A stretch of DNA of 43,011 nucleotides from an uncultured Pseudomonadales bacterium (GTDB lineage Bacteria; Patescibacteriota; Microgenomatia; UBA1400; PJMF01): NCBI GenBank assembly GCA_964495475.1, contig CAZBVY010000002.1, positions 1-43,011 on the forward strand, in the 5' to 3' direction. The translations under genes and the position numbers were made by a program. Below are positions 1 to 9,453 of this stretch, piece after piece. How positions within the stretch are numbered: position 1 is the first letter of the stretch; every line of letters begins with the position of its first letter. The notes beneath the pieces are model-generated. The model saw only the letters and a program-made list of their open reading frames with translations. It made no database searches and was not told where the DNA came from.

Positions 1-460
1 TTTGACTAAAGGTGATTAATTCATCTCTAATTTGTAGAGCTAATTCACGAGTTGGAGTGACGACGAGTACTCTGGTATTTGAATTTTTCAAAGCCTTATC
101 GATTAAAGGAATTAAAAAAGCAGCAGTTTTACCTGTCCCAGTATTAGCAATGCCCACCACATCTCTGCCCTCTACAATATGAGGAATGATTTGATCTTGA
201 ATTGGAGTAGGGGTTGTATAACCTTTGGTGTCTAAATTGATTTTAATTTGTTCATTAACGGCAAAATCAACAAAAGCATGCAGATTTTGATATTGTTCCA
301 CAGTTGTTTCTGATTGCTCATTAATAGTGGCTTTTTGAATAAACATAGAGGGATCAAAGCTGGCGATTTTTCTTCTACCACCACCTCCACGATTTCTATT
401 GCCACTGTTTCTATTATTGGAAAAATTGGAATTAGAACGACGACGATTATTATGATACAT
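1..460 (-). CDS. DEAD-box ATP-dependent RNA helicase, N-terminal part (rest of gene lies beyond window start)
   Basis: Not in the ORF track because it runs off the edge. My minus-strand translation from ATG at 460-458 reads MYHNNRRRSNSNFSNNRNSGNRNRGGGGRRK...GYTTPTPIQDQIIPHIVEGRDVVGIANTGTGKTAAFLIPLIDKAL...RVLVVTPTRELALQI. It shows the Q-motif, motif I (TGTGKT) and motif Ia (PTRELA). Confidence 0.85.
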   Translation of the reverse strand, partial: MYHNNRRRSNSNFSNNRNSGNRNRGGGGRRKIASFDPSMFIQKATINEQSETTVEQYQNLHAFVDFAVNEQIKINLDTKGYTTPTPIQDQIIPHIVEGRDVVGIANTGTGKTAAFLIPLIDKALKNSNTRVLVVTPTRELALQIRDELITFSQ

Positions 461-669
461 ATTTACTTCTTTCTTTAGTCTTTCAGAGGTCAAAGACAAG
501 AAGCAAATATTTTTTGCGTGCTCAAACCAATTGAATTATTTTAACTACGAACAAGCATTATAACAGTTAATCATTTAAATGCAAACTATAGGATATTGAT
601 ATTCTTATTTACAAATAGTGATTTGTGATAGAATATGCTCTTACGATTCTTAAAAAAGAATCAAAAATT

Positions 670-2073
670 ATGTCAAAAAAAGACGAACCTATACCTGCTG
701 ATAAGAAAAAAGCAGAAAAAACAGTATATATTTGTAACCTTTCCGAAGATGTTTGGCCATTTATTCAGGCCATAAGCGATGATCACGAGCGAGCTCTAGA
801 AATAGACGAAAACGCCAATCTTGCTGATCGTGATTTGTTTACCACATCAGAAGAAAGTGACTTGGTTTTTATCAGTCCTAAGCCCATTCATGAAGGCTTT
901 GTTAAATATTACAAAAACTTATTTGGGATTCGTAAATTAGAATTACTTACGCCAAGAGTGCATTCTGGCGAAACTTGTCGCGATGTTTACGAGGATAAAG
1001 AGTTATTTGAAAAACTTATTGATTTTGCCAACCATGTTAAAAAATTAACTTTGATTAGTTATTCAACCAGCGAACAATTTTTAACTTTAGTTAACAAATT
1101 AAAGAAAAGAGGAATTACTGTTTATACTCCAGAAGCTCCTGAAGAAGAAGATGCTTGGACTGTAAACTTTTTTGGTAGCAAATCTGGAATTCGTCAGCTA
1201 GCTCAGCAAAGCGCCGCTGAAGAGCCAGACTTTATTATGAGTGATGGTTTGATTTGTGTAAATATTATTGATGCTGCCAAGATTGCTGCCAAGAAATATA
1301 TCAAAGAAGGAGGAGTAGTTATCAAGACCAATAAGGGTCATTCTGGTGCTGGAGTGCTCATTTTACGCCCTGGAGAATTATCTACAGAATATAAGATTTG
1401 TGAGAAAGAAATTTATAAAATTCTCAAAAAAGATGCTTATTGGGATAAATTTCCAATTGTTATTGAAAGTTTAGTTAATGTTAACTTTGCCGTTGGTGGA
1501 GGTTTTCCAAATGTTGAATTTAAGATTAGCAAAAGTGGCCGTATTGATTATTTATATTATTGTGGTTTGCGCGTCACTAAAGACGGTGTTTTCCAAGGAG
1601 TAGAAATTAATGAAGATGTGATGAACGATCGTTTAATGACTCGCATTATTGATATGGGTTTCTTTATTGGTGAAAAATATGCTTCTAATGGTTATCGTGG
1701 TTATTACGATGTAGATTTGGTAGCAGCTAAGAACGGGGATTTATATGTTTCTGAATCAAACACCAGGCGCACTGGCGGTTCACATGTTTACAAAACTGCC
1801 TTGAAATTAATTGGTAAAGATTTCTTAGATTACTCTTATATTTTATCCAATAATGCTTGGAAATTACCAAAAGGCATTACTCTTACTTTTGAAGAATTGA
1901 TAGAAAAATTAGGCCCAGTTTTGTTTAATAAAAAAACTAAAGAGGGCGTAGTAATTGCTTCTGCTAATTTACTAAAGCAAGGACAGTTAGCTTATATTGT
2001 TTTTGGTCGTGATGAAAAACATGCTTTAGCAATTGAAGAAAAAGCTCAAAAAATTTTAGCTCAATTAGTTTAA
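670..2073 (+). CDS. ATP-grasp fold ligase-like protein (specific function unknown)
   Basis: Track ORF 625..2073. KTNKGHSGAGVLIL resembles the ATP-grasp phosphate-binding loop and SESNTRRTGG fits the E-x-N Mg-binding motif. I prefer ATG at 670 over GTG at 625, but the start is uncertain. Confidence 0.6.
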   Translation: MSKKDEPIPADKKKAEKTVYICNLSEDVWPFIQAISDDHERALEIDENANLADRDLFTTSEESDLVFISPKPIHEGFVKYYKNLFGIRKLELLTPRVHSGETCRDVYEDKELFEKLIDFANHVKKLTLISYSTSEQFLTLVNKLKKRGITVYTPEAPEEEDAWTVNFFGSKSGIRQLAQQSAAEEPDFIMSDGLICVNIIDAAKIAAKKYIKEGGVVIKTNKGHSGAGVLILRPGELSTEYKICEKEIYKILKKDAYWDKFPIVIESLVNVNFAVGGGFPNVEFKISKSGRIDYLYYCGLRVTKDGVFQGVEINEDVMNDRLMTRIIDMGFFIGEKYASNGYRGYYDVDLVAAKNGDLYVSESNTRRTGGSHVYKTALKLIGKDFLDYSYILSNNAWKLPKGITLTFEELIEKLGPVLFNKKTKEGVVIASANLLKQGQLAYIVFGRDEKHALAIEEKAQKILAQLV

Positions 2074-2092
2074 ATTTAAACATAATTAGCAT

Positions 2093-2602
2093 ATGAGTAA
2101 AATCGTTAAAGTTAATGATTTGATGCAGAATAATTACTCTTATATTTTAACTCAAAAAGAGGGTCAAAATTTTCATCCTGATTTTAAACCAGAATTAAGT
2201 CCCGAAGAAATGCTTAAAATGGGTGTTTTTGGTGGAAAATACATGACGGATTGTAAAGATGAATTTCCGAAAAGTTGGTTTAAGGAAGCTAAGCTTTGTC
2301 ATGAATTTCATAATCCTAAATTAAATTTTTTTAAAGTTAATGCCAGTCAGCCTTTATCAGTTTGGCAGAAAAAAGGATGGATTTATAAAAATGATCCTCG
2401 TGGTTGGTTTCAATGGTATTGTCGTTATTTTATGGGTCGTCGTTTAATTGATGGAGAAGATGAGCGTCAAATAAAAAGATGGAAAATGTTTCGTCGACAT
2501 TTAGTCCAAGTCGAATACAATTGTATGCCTGGAGACTTCTCTTGTCGCAAAGTACAACGCCAAGCCTTACTTCATTGGGCTTATGATAGTCGAGCTATTT
2601 AA
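2093..2602 (+). CDS. Conserved hypothetical protein (W/R-rich core DPRGWFQWYCRYFMGRR)
   Basis: 169-aa ORF with an ATG start, 20 nt after the ATP-grasp gene on the same strand. I cannot assign a family. Confidence 0.6.
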   Translation: MSKIVKVNDLMQNNYSYILTQKEGQNFHPDFKPELSPEEMLKMGVFGGKYMTDCKDEFPKSWFKEAKLCHEFHNPKLNFFKVNASQPLSVWQKKGWIYKNDPRGWFQWYCRYFMGRRLIDGEDERQIKRWKMFRRHLVQVEYNCMPGDFSCRKVQRQALLHWAYDSRAI

Positions 2603-2606
2603 CTTT

Positions 2607-4364
2607 TTATTTAACCGTCACACTTTTAGCTAAATTTCTTGGTTTGTCTGGATCTAATTTTTTAAGCAAAGCAATCTCATAAGTTAGTAATTGAGCGACA
2701 ATAATACTACTCAAATTAACAAACTTTTCTGCTTGTGGAAGCTTAATGAAGAAATCAAAAATCTCTTCATTTTTTGTAGCAATACCAATTATTTTGGCAC
2801 CTCTAGCTTTAACTTCATGAGCACTAGAAAGCATATTTTCTCTGTTTGTTTTATTTAACAAACAGATTACTGGTGTTTCTTTTTCAATTAAGGCAATAAC
2901 ACCATGTTTAAGTTCACCAGCGCTAAAACCTTCGGCGTGAAGATAAGAAACTTCCTTGATTTTAAGCGCAAATTCCAGAGCACTGGCCAAGAGCTGCTCG
3001 CGCCCAAGAATATATAAATCATTTTTTTGACTAAGTAACTTAGCAGTTTTTTTAATGTCATTCATGATTTTTTTGTTGGCAAACCAGTCGGTTAATTGTT
3101 TAGAAAAATTCTCAATCTCTTTTTTAAATGAGAAATTTTTATTTTCCAAATAACTGGATAAGGCCATGCCAAAAAGCATGTGCCCAGTTAAGGCCTTAGT
3201 GCTGGCGACTCCAATTTCTGCCCCCACGTTAAGGGGATAGGCGATATCAGCCATGTTCATTAAAGTTGACGCAGGCATATTAACCACTGAAATAATGAAA
3301 ACACCCTTAGCCTTCATCTGTTCTACAGCCTCAATGGTATCGGCTGTTTCACCACTTTGACTAAGTATAATAGCTAGATCTTGTTTGCTAAAATCTTGCA
3401 CAAAATCGGTGTAGTCATAGGCGGGGACATGATAAATATTTTGTTTATTTGCTCTCAGGTGAGAAACAATACTTAGAGCTGCATAGCTCGCTGAGCCTGC
3501 ACCAACCACATAGATATTTCTTGATATTTCAATTTTCTTTGCAATTTTCTCAAATAATTCTTCACTTTTATCCAATACTTTTATGAAGCTTTCTTTTTGT
3601 TCATAAATTTCTTTTAACATAAAATGAGCATAATGACCTTTATCTATTTCTAAAGCCTGTTGGTTCATCCTATGGAAAGATAGTTTTTTAGTGGTCAAAT
3701 CTTTTACTTGATAAACCTGAATATTTTTCCCATCAAAATGAACGATTTCTTGATTTTCAATGACGTAGTAATTTTTAGCATCATGACTCATTGAAGCTAA
3801 ATCAGAAGAGAAAAAGTAATTATTTCTCTCACCTTGTCCAACTATCAGAGGTGAACCTTGACGATATGCCCACACTTCACCATTTTTAGTTAATAAAAGA
3901 ATGGTGTTGCGACCGGCCATTTTTTTGATTACTTTAGCAAATTGTTTTAGCTCAATTTTTTCTTGACATTCTTTTTCCAACAGAGCGACAATTACTTCAG
4001 TATCGGTTTCTGTTTGAAATTTATAGTCATTTTTCTGCAACCCAGTTTTTAATTCTTGGTAATTTTCCAGAACACCATTTTGTACTAAGGCAAAATTACC
4101 ATTTTGTGCAAGGTGTGGATGAGCATTCTTTTTTGTTACTCCACCGTGAGTAGCCCAGCGGGTATGACCAATGGCATTATTGCTATTGGCAAGTTTTAAT
4201 TTATTAATCAGACTGATTTTACCAACATGTTTTTCAATCTTTATTTTTTTATTGGCAATTGCAATACCCCACGAATCGTAACCACGATATTCAATTCTTT
4301 TAAGTCCTTCTAAAACTTTAGTAGTTGCGTCAAAATTGCCCAAACAGGCATAGATACCACACAT
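2607..4364 (-). CDS. glmS: Glutamine--fructose-6-phosphate aminotransferase (isomerizing)
   Basis: N-terminal MCGI (class II amidotransferase catalytic Cys2), two SIS-domain regions, C-terminal LAKSVTVK, 585 aa. Confidence 0.95.
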   Translation of the reverse strand: MCGIYACLGNFDATTKVLEGLKRIEYRGYDSWGIAIANKKIKIEKHVGKISLINKLKLANSNNAIGHTRWATHGGVTKKNAHPHLAQNGNFALVQNGVLENYQELKTGLQKNDYKFQTETDTEVIVALLEKECQEKIELKQFAKVIKKMAGRNTILLLTKNGEVWAYRQGSPLIVGQGERNNYFFSSDLASMSHDAKNYYVIENQEIVHFDGKNIQVYQVKDLTTKKLSFHRMNQQALEIDKGHYAHFMLKEIYEQKESFIKVLDKSEELFEKIAKKIEISRNIYVVGAGSASYAALSIVSHLRANKQNIYHVPAYDYTDFVQDFSKQDLAIILSQSGETADTIEAVEQMKAKGVFIISVVNMPASTLMNMADIAYPLNVGAEIGVASTKALTGHMLFGMALSSYLENKNFSFKKEIENFSKQLTDWFANKKIMNDIKKTAKLLSQKNDLYILGREQLLASALEFALKIKEVSYLHAEGFSAGELKHGVIALIEKETPVICLLNKTNRENMLSSAHEVKARGAKIIGIATKNEEIFDFFIKLPQAEKFVNLSSIIVAQLLTYEIALLKKLDPDKPRNLAKSVTVK

Positions 4365-4464
4365 ATATATTCCTTTTTTAGATTAATGATAATTTTAAGA
4401 TTTTTAAATTAAGACTTTGCTTTATTGATCTTAATTTTTAATGGATGGATCTTTGTTTTTTTTA

Positions 4465-4600
4465 AACTATTAACCACCCAAAGGGTCTCCGTAGATGCTC
4501 TGCAAATTTGTTTTGCAGGTCCGATCGTTATTTAATTTTTAAGTTTAAATAACATCCCTCTTCCTCGTCTCCTTGTTTTTAGAACAAGGCCACACGCTCG
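4465..4600 (-). ncRNA. Candidate glmS ribozyme/riboswitch (divergent) in the glmS 5' leader
   Basis: Minus-strand RNA read from 4598: A|GCGUGUGG, then hairpin CCUUGUUCUAAAAACAAGG, then AGACGAGGAAGAGGGAUG ... AACGAUCGG. The order (AGCG site, P1 hairpin, GACGAGG core at 4569-4563) matches the glmS ribozyme as I remember it. It sits in the 299-nt leader of glmS. I could not fold the distal pseudoknots by eye. Confidence 0.5.
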
Positions 4601-4627
4601 ATTTAAAATATTGATGTTTTTCCTTTC

Positions 4628-4656
4628 TGTTAATTATTATTAGCTTTCAGTATACT
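4628..4656 (+). promoter_or_regulatory. Putative promoter of the NUDIX gene (leaderless geometry)
   Basis: TATACT at 4651-4656 lies 7 nt before ATG 4664. There is a weak -35-like TGTTAA at 4628-4633 (17-nt spacer) and no SD. Confidence 0.35.
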
Positions 4657-4663
4657 ATCAATA

Positions 4664-5155
4664 ATGATCAAATGCACTTTTGAGGATGGCAATCCAGTTT
4701 CTCTAAGACATGTTTGTGTAGACACTTTATTAATTAAAGATGAAAAACTTTTACTTAATAAAAGAGGAACTTTTGAGGGTAGAAAAATTCTAGAGCATGG
4801 TAAATGGGGTGTGATTGGTGGCTTTGTAGAAAGAAATGAAAATTTAGAACAAGCAGTTAGAAGAGAAGTCAAAGAAGAAACTGCTTGGTTAATTAAAGAT
4901 TTATTTTTACTGCGGATTAATGATAATCCAAATCGTCCGAAAGAAGATCGTCAAAATTTTAGTTTTGTTTTTGTAGCCAATGCTGATGTCAGGAATGGAG
5001 AAAGTCACGATGAAGAGGTTTTGAGTTTACGGTGGTTTGATTTAAATAATTTACCAAGTCAAGAAGAAATGGCTTTTGATCATTACGAAAATATCGAACT
5101 TTATAAAAACTGGCTGAAAGAAAAATTTCCCTTACCAATTTTAGGTAAAATTTGA
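4664..5155 (+). CDS. NUDIX hydrolase
   Basis: Nudix box GGFVERNENLEQAVRREVKEETAW (GX5EX7REUXEEXGU). Confidence 0.9.
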   Translation: MIKCTFEDGNPVSLRHVCVDTLLIKDEKLLLNKRGTFEGRKILEHGKWGVIGGFVERNENLEQAVRREVKEETAWLIKDLFLLRINDNPNRPKEDRQNFSFVFVANADVRNGESHDEEVLSLRWFDLNNLPSQEEMAFDHYENIELYKNWLKEKFPLPILGKI

Positions 5156-5169
5156 TAGACTTTCCTAAC

Positions 5170-5613
5170 ATGAAACAAAAAATTATTACCCTTTTAATTG
5201 TTGTTTTAATAGCCGGACTTTTATCTCTAGTGGTAATCGTCAGTAACAATAAAGAAAAACAAGTTGCAGAACAGAAAATTGAGGCCTTAAAAAATGCTGA
5301 CCCTGTTTTTTATTATGGCAACACTTGTCCTCATTGTGAAATTGTCGAAGAATGGTTTCAGGATAATCAAGTTGAAGAAAAAATGACTTTCCAAAAGAAA
5401 GAAGTTTACGATAATCAAGCAAATGCCAATGAATTAACTAAAGTAGCTGTTTCTTGTGGTTTAGACGCTAATAGCATTGGGGTGCCGTTTTTATATGCCG
5501 AAGGGGAATGTTTAATTGGCTCTCCAGGCATCATTGAATATTTTGCTAATAAATTAAATATAGACTTGACGGAAACTCAAGAATCAAGCACCACTTCTGA
5601 TTTAGATACTTAG
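5170..5613 (+). CDS. Membrane-anchored thioredoxin/glutaredoxin-fold protein (CPHC)
   Basis: N-terminal TM segment (IITLLIVVLIAGLLSLVVIV) followed by YYGNTCPHCEIVEEWF, a CxxC redox motif. The track ORF starts at TTG 5152; I prefer ATG 5170. Confidence 0.7.
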   Translation: MKQKIITLLIVVLIAGLLSLVVIVSNNKEKQVAEQKIEALKNADPVFYYGNTCPHCEIVEEWFQDNQVEEKMTFQKKEVYDNQANANELTKVAVSCGLDANSIGVPFLYAEGECLIGSPGIIEYFANKLNIDLTETQESSTTSDLDT

Positions 5614-6728
5614 ATTTGCTCTCTAATAAAAGTTTGTACTTGTGACCAATTATTCATTCCAGTTTTTGGAACAACTATAAATGCACCTTCACTAGATTTA
5701 CTACTTTGCAAAACATTTTCTGGAGATAAATTAATTGTTTTAACTTCAAACTCATTGGTATTGGCTAATAATGGAGCTAAATATTTGGCGCTTTCTAAAT
5801 CTAAATTTGTCGTAACATGTTTAGAAAATGCCTCATAAAACTTAGGAATTTTTTTAAGGGCCTCTAAAGTAAATAATTTATCACGAATGGCTGTTAATAC
5901 TTCAACTTGACGACGACTGCGATCGTAATCACTGGAACTGTGGCGCGAGCGTACGTACGCGAGCGCGTCATGTCCTTCCATTTTAACTTTACCCTGTTTA
6001 TATAGAAGATGTTCGTAACGACAAGCAAATTTACTTTCTAGCTCAAAACCGCTGTAAGTTGCAGTTAAATTAGCAATTTCTTCTGGACTATATCCACAAG
6101 GATCTAACTGAGCGCCCTCAATAGGATACCAAGCATCTTCTAAAGTTTGACTAACATTAACTTCAATACTATTTAATTCATAGCCAATCACTCGTTTAAA
6201 ACTTACAAAATCAATGCCAATAAAATATTTAATTGGTAAGCCAATAATTTGACCAATGCTTTTTTGCATTAACTCTAATCCGGCTTTAACACCACCGCCA
6301 CCACTCATGCCAGCACTCATCAGCGCATTAACTTTGTAACCTTTTTGATCTTTATTAATTAAATAAAGATCTCTGGGAATAGAAATAAAATGAATTTGTT
6401 TTTTTTCAAAATTAAAATGAACTACTTGAATTACATCACTTAAATAACCACCTTGATGTCCAGCTCCGCCATAACCAGCCAGCAATACATTGAGGGTTTT
6501 CTTATCTTCTTCCTGAACATTGTTCACATCTAAATTAATTTCTTGATCAAAGTCGATTAAATTTTCTGGACTTTGTGTAGAAGAAGTGGTTTTTTGTTTG
6601 GCAAAATAACGATAGCTAGCTACAGCAGAAACACTGAGAAGTAAAATAATAATTGCTGAGAATACAGAATAGATAATTATTTTTTGTTTTTTTTCCAAAT
6701 TCTTATATTTTTGAAAATATTTCAACAT
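5610..6728 (-). CDS. LytR-CpsA-Psr (LCP) family cell-envelope glycopolymer transferase
   Basis: One N-terminal TM, then LLAGYGG..., ISIPRDLY and ALAYVRSRH, which are LCP-type motifs. The track ORF extends to GTG 6779; ATG 6728 is preferred but uncertain. Confidence 0.85.
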   Translation of the reverse strand: MLKYFQKYKNLEKKQKIIIYSVFSAIIILLLSVSAVASYRYFAKQKTTSSTQSPENLIDFDQEINLDVNNVQEEDKKTLNVLLAGYGGAGHQGGYLSDVIQVVHFNFEKKQIHFISIPRDLYLINKDQKGYKVNALMSAGMSGGGGVKAGLELMQKSIGQIIGLPIKYFIGIDFVSFKRVIGYELNSIEVNVSQTLEDAWYPIEGAQLDPCGYSPEEIANLTATYSGFELESKFACRYEHLLYKQGKVKMEGHDALAYVRSRHSSSDYDRSRRQVEVLTAIRDKLFTLEALKKIPKFYEAFSKHVTTNLDLESAKYLAPLLANTNEFEVKTINLSPENVLQSSKSSEGAFIVVPKTGMNNWSQVQTFIREQI

Positions 6729-6800
6729 TAAATTCTTTATTAATTTCTCTTTGTTTGTGAGTATAAACAATAAAATCACTTATCACAACCAGAGTAATAA

Positions 6801-6809
6801 TGTTATAAT
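6801..6809 (+). promoter_or_regulatory. Extended -10 promoter element (TGtTATAAT), leaderless geometry
   Basis: TG at 6801-6802 and TATAAT at 6804-6809, 6 nt before ATG 6816. No SD. Confidence 0.4.
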
Positions 6810-6815
6810 TTTTTT

Positions 6816-7535
6816 ATGACAGAAATTTTTCAAGCCAAAGAATTTGTTTTTCCTTACGACAAACATCGTTTTCCTGGTCAAGCTACTGATGAAAGAATTC
6901 TTTATGTTACCAGAGAACATAAACTTTTTTTATTTATAAGAATGTTTTTTGTGATATTGATAGCCATAGCAATTTCTCTAGCTTTTTATGTTTTTTCTTT
7001 AGCTTTTAAAAGCATTTTTATTACTAGTTCTATGGCATTTTTATTGCCCATGATGTTAATTGTTGTAGGTAGTTTTGCAGCAATTGGTTTTTGGTGGGTT
7101 TATAGTTTGTGGCAAAAAAGTTTGGCCATATTAACTAATAAGCGTTTAACCAAAATTGTCTACACCACTCCTTTTAATCGCTATAATCAAAGCTTGCCAT
7201 TGGAAATGGTAGTTGATACTAGCTGTAATAATCAGGGTTTTTTAGCTGGAATTGCCCACTCAATATTGCAAATAGGGACATTGACGGCTAGGTCCAGCGC
7301 TTCTAGTTCTGGTGTTGCCACAGAAGATATTGGTAGGGTAAATAAAAAGTACTTTTATTTGGAAAATATTAAATATTGTGAAGATTTTCAACAATATTTA
7401 AATAAAATCTTGAGTTTATTTAACCGCTCTGCTGAATCCTTAATGGATTTTAGGCCCTTCATTCCTCACTTGAAAGGTGAGGCTAGAGAAAAATTTCTTA
7501 AAGAAATCGATTCCAAAATGGAGGTAAAGGAATAA
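6816..7535 (+). CDS. Membrane protein, possible bacterial PH-domain (YdbS/YdbT-like) protein
   Basis: Two TM pairs flank soluble segments ([11 protein letters not shown]..., [11 protein letters not shown]). The family assignment is tentative. Confidence 0.5.
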   Translation: MTEIFQAKEFVFPYDKHRFPGQATDERILYVTREHKLFLFIRMFFVILIAIAISLAFYVFSLAFKSIFITSSMAFLLPMMLIVVGSFAAIGFWWVYSLWQKSLAILTNKRLTKIVYTTPFNRYNQSLPLEMVVDTSCNNQGFLAGIAHSILQIGTLTARSSASSSGVATEDIGRVNKKYFYLENIKYCEDFQQYLNKILSLFNRSAESLMDFRPFIPHLKGEAREKFLKEIDSKMEVKE

Positions 7536-8244
7536 TTAGACTGGTTTGCTTTTTATAATTAGTCCATTCTGAACCATATCTTTTTTCATATTTTTTTTCT
7601 AAAGTTGGTACTCCAGTTACAAAAAGTAAGAGCAAAGAGATATATATTGGTCCAATGATTAATATGTGTTGCCAATCATTTAAATCGCCAACTATAAATA
7701 AATAAATGCTCCACCACATTAGCATTTCTCCAAAATAATTTGGATGTCTTGAATATTTCCACAGACCATGTTTAATAAACGAATTTTTCTCATTTTGTTT
7801 ATTTTTAAATTGATATTTTTGCCAATCTGCTATGGTTTCTATAAGCAAACCGACAAAGAACAAAGTTAAAGCTAAAAAATTAATGTTTTTAGGTAAATCA
7901 TTTAAACTGGCAAAAATAAAAGGTAGGCTGATAATAAAAATTGATATGGCTTGTAATAACCAAAATTTAGCAAACGACCAGAATTTTTCTCTGACACCAT
8001 CAAAACGTTGATCTTTTTTTATCTTCAAAATTCTAATAAATAAATATGTTGCCAATCTAATTCCCCAAAGAATTGGCATTATTAGCAAAACAGCGTTACC
8101 ACATTTAATCAATAAATAAATAGCAACAAATACAAAAGTTAAGCCGTAAGATAGATCTGTAAATTTATCAGTTTTAAAAATGCTGGCAAAAATAAAAAAT
8201 AATATTTGTATCAATAAAATCAAAATAATTATTTCTAGCATCAA
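7498..8244 (-). CDS. DUF1295 / steroid 5-alpha-reductase-like polytopic membrane protein
   Basis: [20 protein letters not shown] signature with multiple TM segments. Confidence 0.75.
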   Translation of the reverse strand: MMLEIIILILLIQILFFIFASIFKTDKFTDLSYGLTFVFVAIYLLIKCGNAVLLIMPILWGIRLATYLFIRILKIKKDQRFDGVREKFWSFAKFWLLQAISIFIISLPFIFASLNDLPKNINFLALTLFFVGLLIETIADWQKYQFKNKQNEKNSFIKHGLWKYSRHPNYFGEMLMWWSIYLFIVGDLNDWQHILIIGPIYISLLLLFVTGVPTLEKKYEKRYGSEWTNYKKQTSLIIPLPPFWNRFL

Positions 8245-8288
8245 GCCTTCATTATATATAAAGATTTAAATAATTTCTGTATCATTTG

Positions 8289-8297
8289 TGCTAAACT
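8289..8297 (+). promoter_or_regulatory. Extended -10 element (TGcTAAACT) upstream of queA, leaderless geometry
   Basis: TG at 8289-8290 and TAAACT at 8292-8297, 6 nt before ATG 8304. No SD. Confidence 0.35.
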
Positions 8298-8303
8298 AAG
8301 CCC

Positions 8304-9452
8304 ATGTTTGACGATAATCTTCAAGATATTTTGGATAAATATGACTATCCACTAGATGAAAAAAAAATTGCTAATCAACCAGTCTTTCCTCGCGATTCCT
8401 CCAAACTTTTGGTTTTAAATAGACAGACTGGAATAATTAAAGATCATCATTTTTATGAATTAGCTGACTTTCTGTCAGATCAAGATGTTTTAGTTCTCAA
8501 TGAAACTAAAGTTTTTCCTGCCAGGCTTCTTGGTAAAAAACAAAGCGGAGGTAAAGCAGAACTTTTATTAATCAAACAAATTTCCTTAGACAGCTTTGAA
8601 GCCATTTCCAAGCCGGGTTTAAAGATGGATCAAAGGCTATTTTTTCCTAGAAGAAGTTTTTTGGAGAATGATGGCAGTCTCTCTGCCGACATTGACCTAA
8701 CTGATTTTCTGCAAGCAGAAGTAATTTTTAGAGATGAAAATAGTGCTAAAGTTCGAGTTAAATTTAATCAAAATGGCACCAATTTACTCAGGGAAATTGA
8801 TTTGTGCGGTTTTACTCCTTTGCCACCGTACATTAAGGCAAATCAAAGTGAAGCCAAAATTAAAGAAGAATATCAAACAGTTTACGCTAAGGAAGAAGGT
8901 TCAGCAGCAGCTCCAACTGCAGGATTGCATTTTACCGAAGAACTTTTGGATAAATTAAAACAAAAAGGCGTGCAGATCGAAAAAATTACTTTACACGTGG
9001 GACTGGGAACTTTTGCTAAATTAACTAGTGAAAATTTAGCTTCTAAAACTTTACACAGTGAGTATTTTGAGATTTCTAATAAAGTTGCTGACCGCTTAAA
9101 TCAAGCTAAAAAAAATGGTAAAAGAATTATTTCGGTGGGAACAACTACGACTCGCAGTTTAGAGTCAGCAGTGCTTTTATCTGCTTCTAAAAAAGAAATT
9201 TTAGCCGTGGCTAAAGAAACCAATATTTTTATTGATCCACCTTGTAAATTTAATTTTGTCGATGGCTTAATTACTAATTTTCATTTACCAAAATCAAGTT
9301 TATTGATGTTGGTTTCTGCTTTTTGTTCTTTTCCAAATACTGAAAAAGAATTTACTAATTTTTTAAGTTCAAGTATTGGACAAGCTTATCTTCATGCACT
9401 CGAAAATGATTACCGCTTTTTTAGTTTTGGCGACGCGATGCTAATACAATAA
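8304..9452 (+). CDS. queA: S-adenosylmethionine:tRNA ribosyltransferase-isomerase
   Basis: YDYPLDEKKIANQPVFPRDSSKLLVL, TAGLHFT, GTTTTRSLES and a C-terminal FSFGDAMLI, all typical of QueA. Confidence 0.92.
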   Translation: MFDDNLQDILDKYDYPLDEKKIANQPVFPRDSSKLLVLNRQTGIIKDHHFYELADFLSDQDVLVLNETKVFPARLLGKKQSGGKAELLLIKQISLDSFEAISKPGLKMDQRLFFPRRSFLENDGSLSADIDLTDFLQAEVIFRDENSAKVRVKFNQNGTNLLREIDLCGFTPLPPYIKANQSEAKIKEEYQTVYAKEEGSAAAPTAGLHFTEELLDKLKQKGVQIEKITLHVGLGTFAKLTSENLASKTLHSEYFEISNKVADRLNQAKKNGKRIISVGTTTTRSLESAVLLSASKKEILAVAKETNIFIDPPCKFNFVDGLITNFHLPKSSLLMLVSAFCSFPNTEKEFTNFLSSSIGQAYLHALENDYRFFSFGDAMLIQ

Positions 9453-9453
9453 T

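Noticed and set aside
5949-5960. A perfect 12-nt palindrome GCGTACGTACGC within a locally GC-rich patch
   Set aside because: It lies inside the LCP gene and encodes the conserved ALAYVRSRH motif. The GC richness is explained by Arg and Ala codons, so it is not an independent element.
7498-7535. A 38-nt convergent overlap of two membrane-protein genes
   Set aside because: Both ORFs are otherwise well supported. Overlapping 3' ends are common in compact genomes, and there is no sign of a frameshift or pseudogene.
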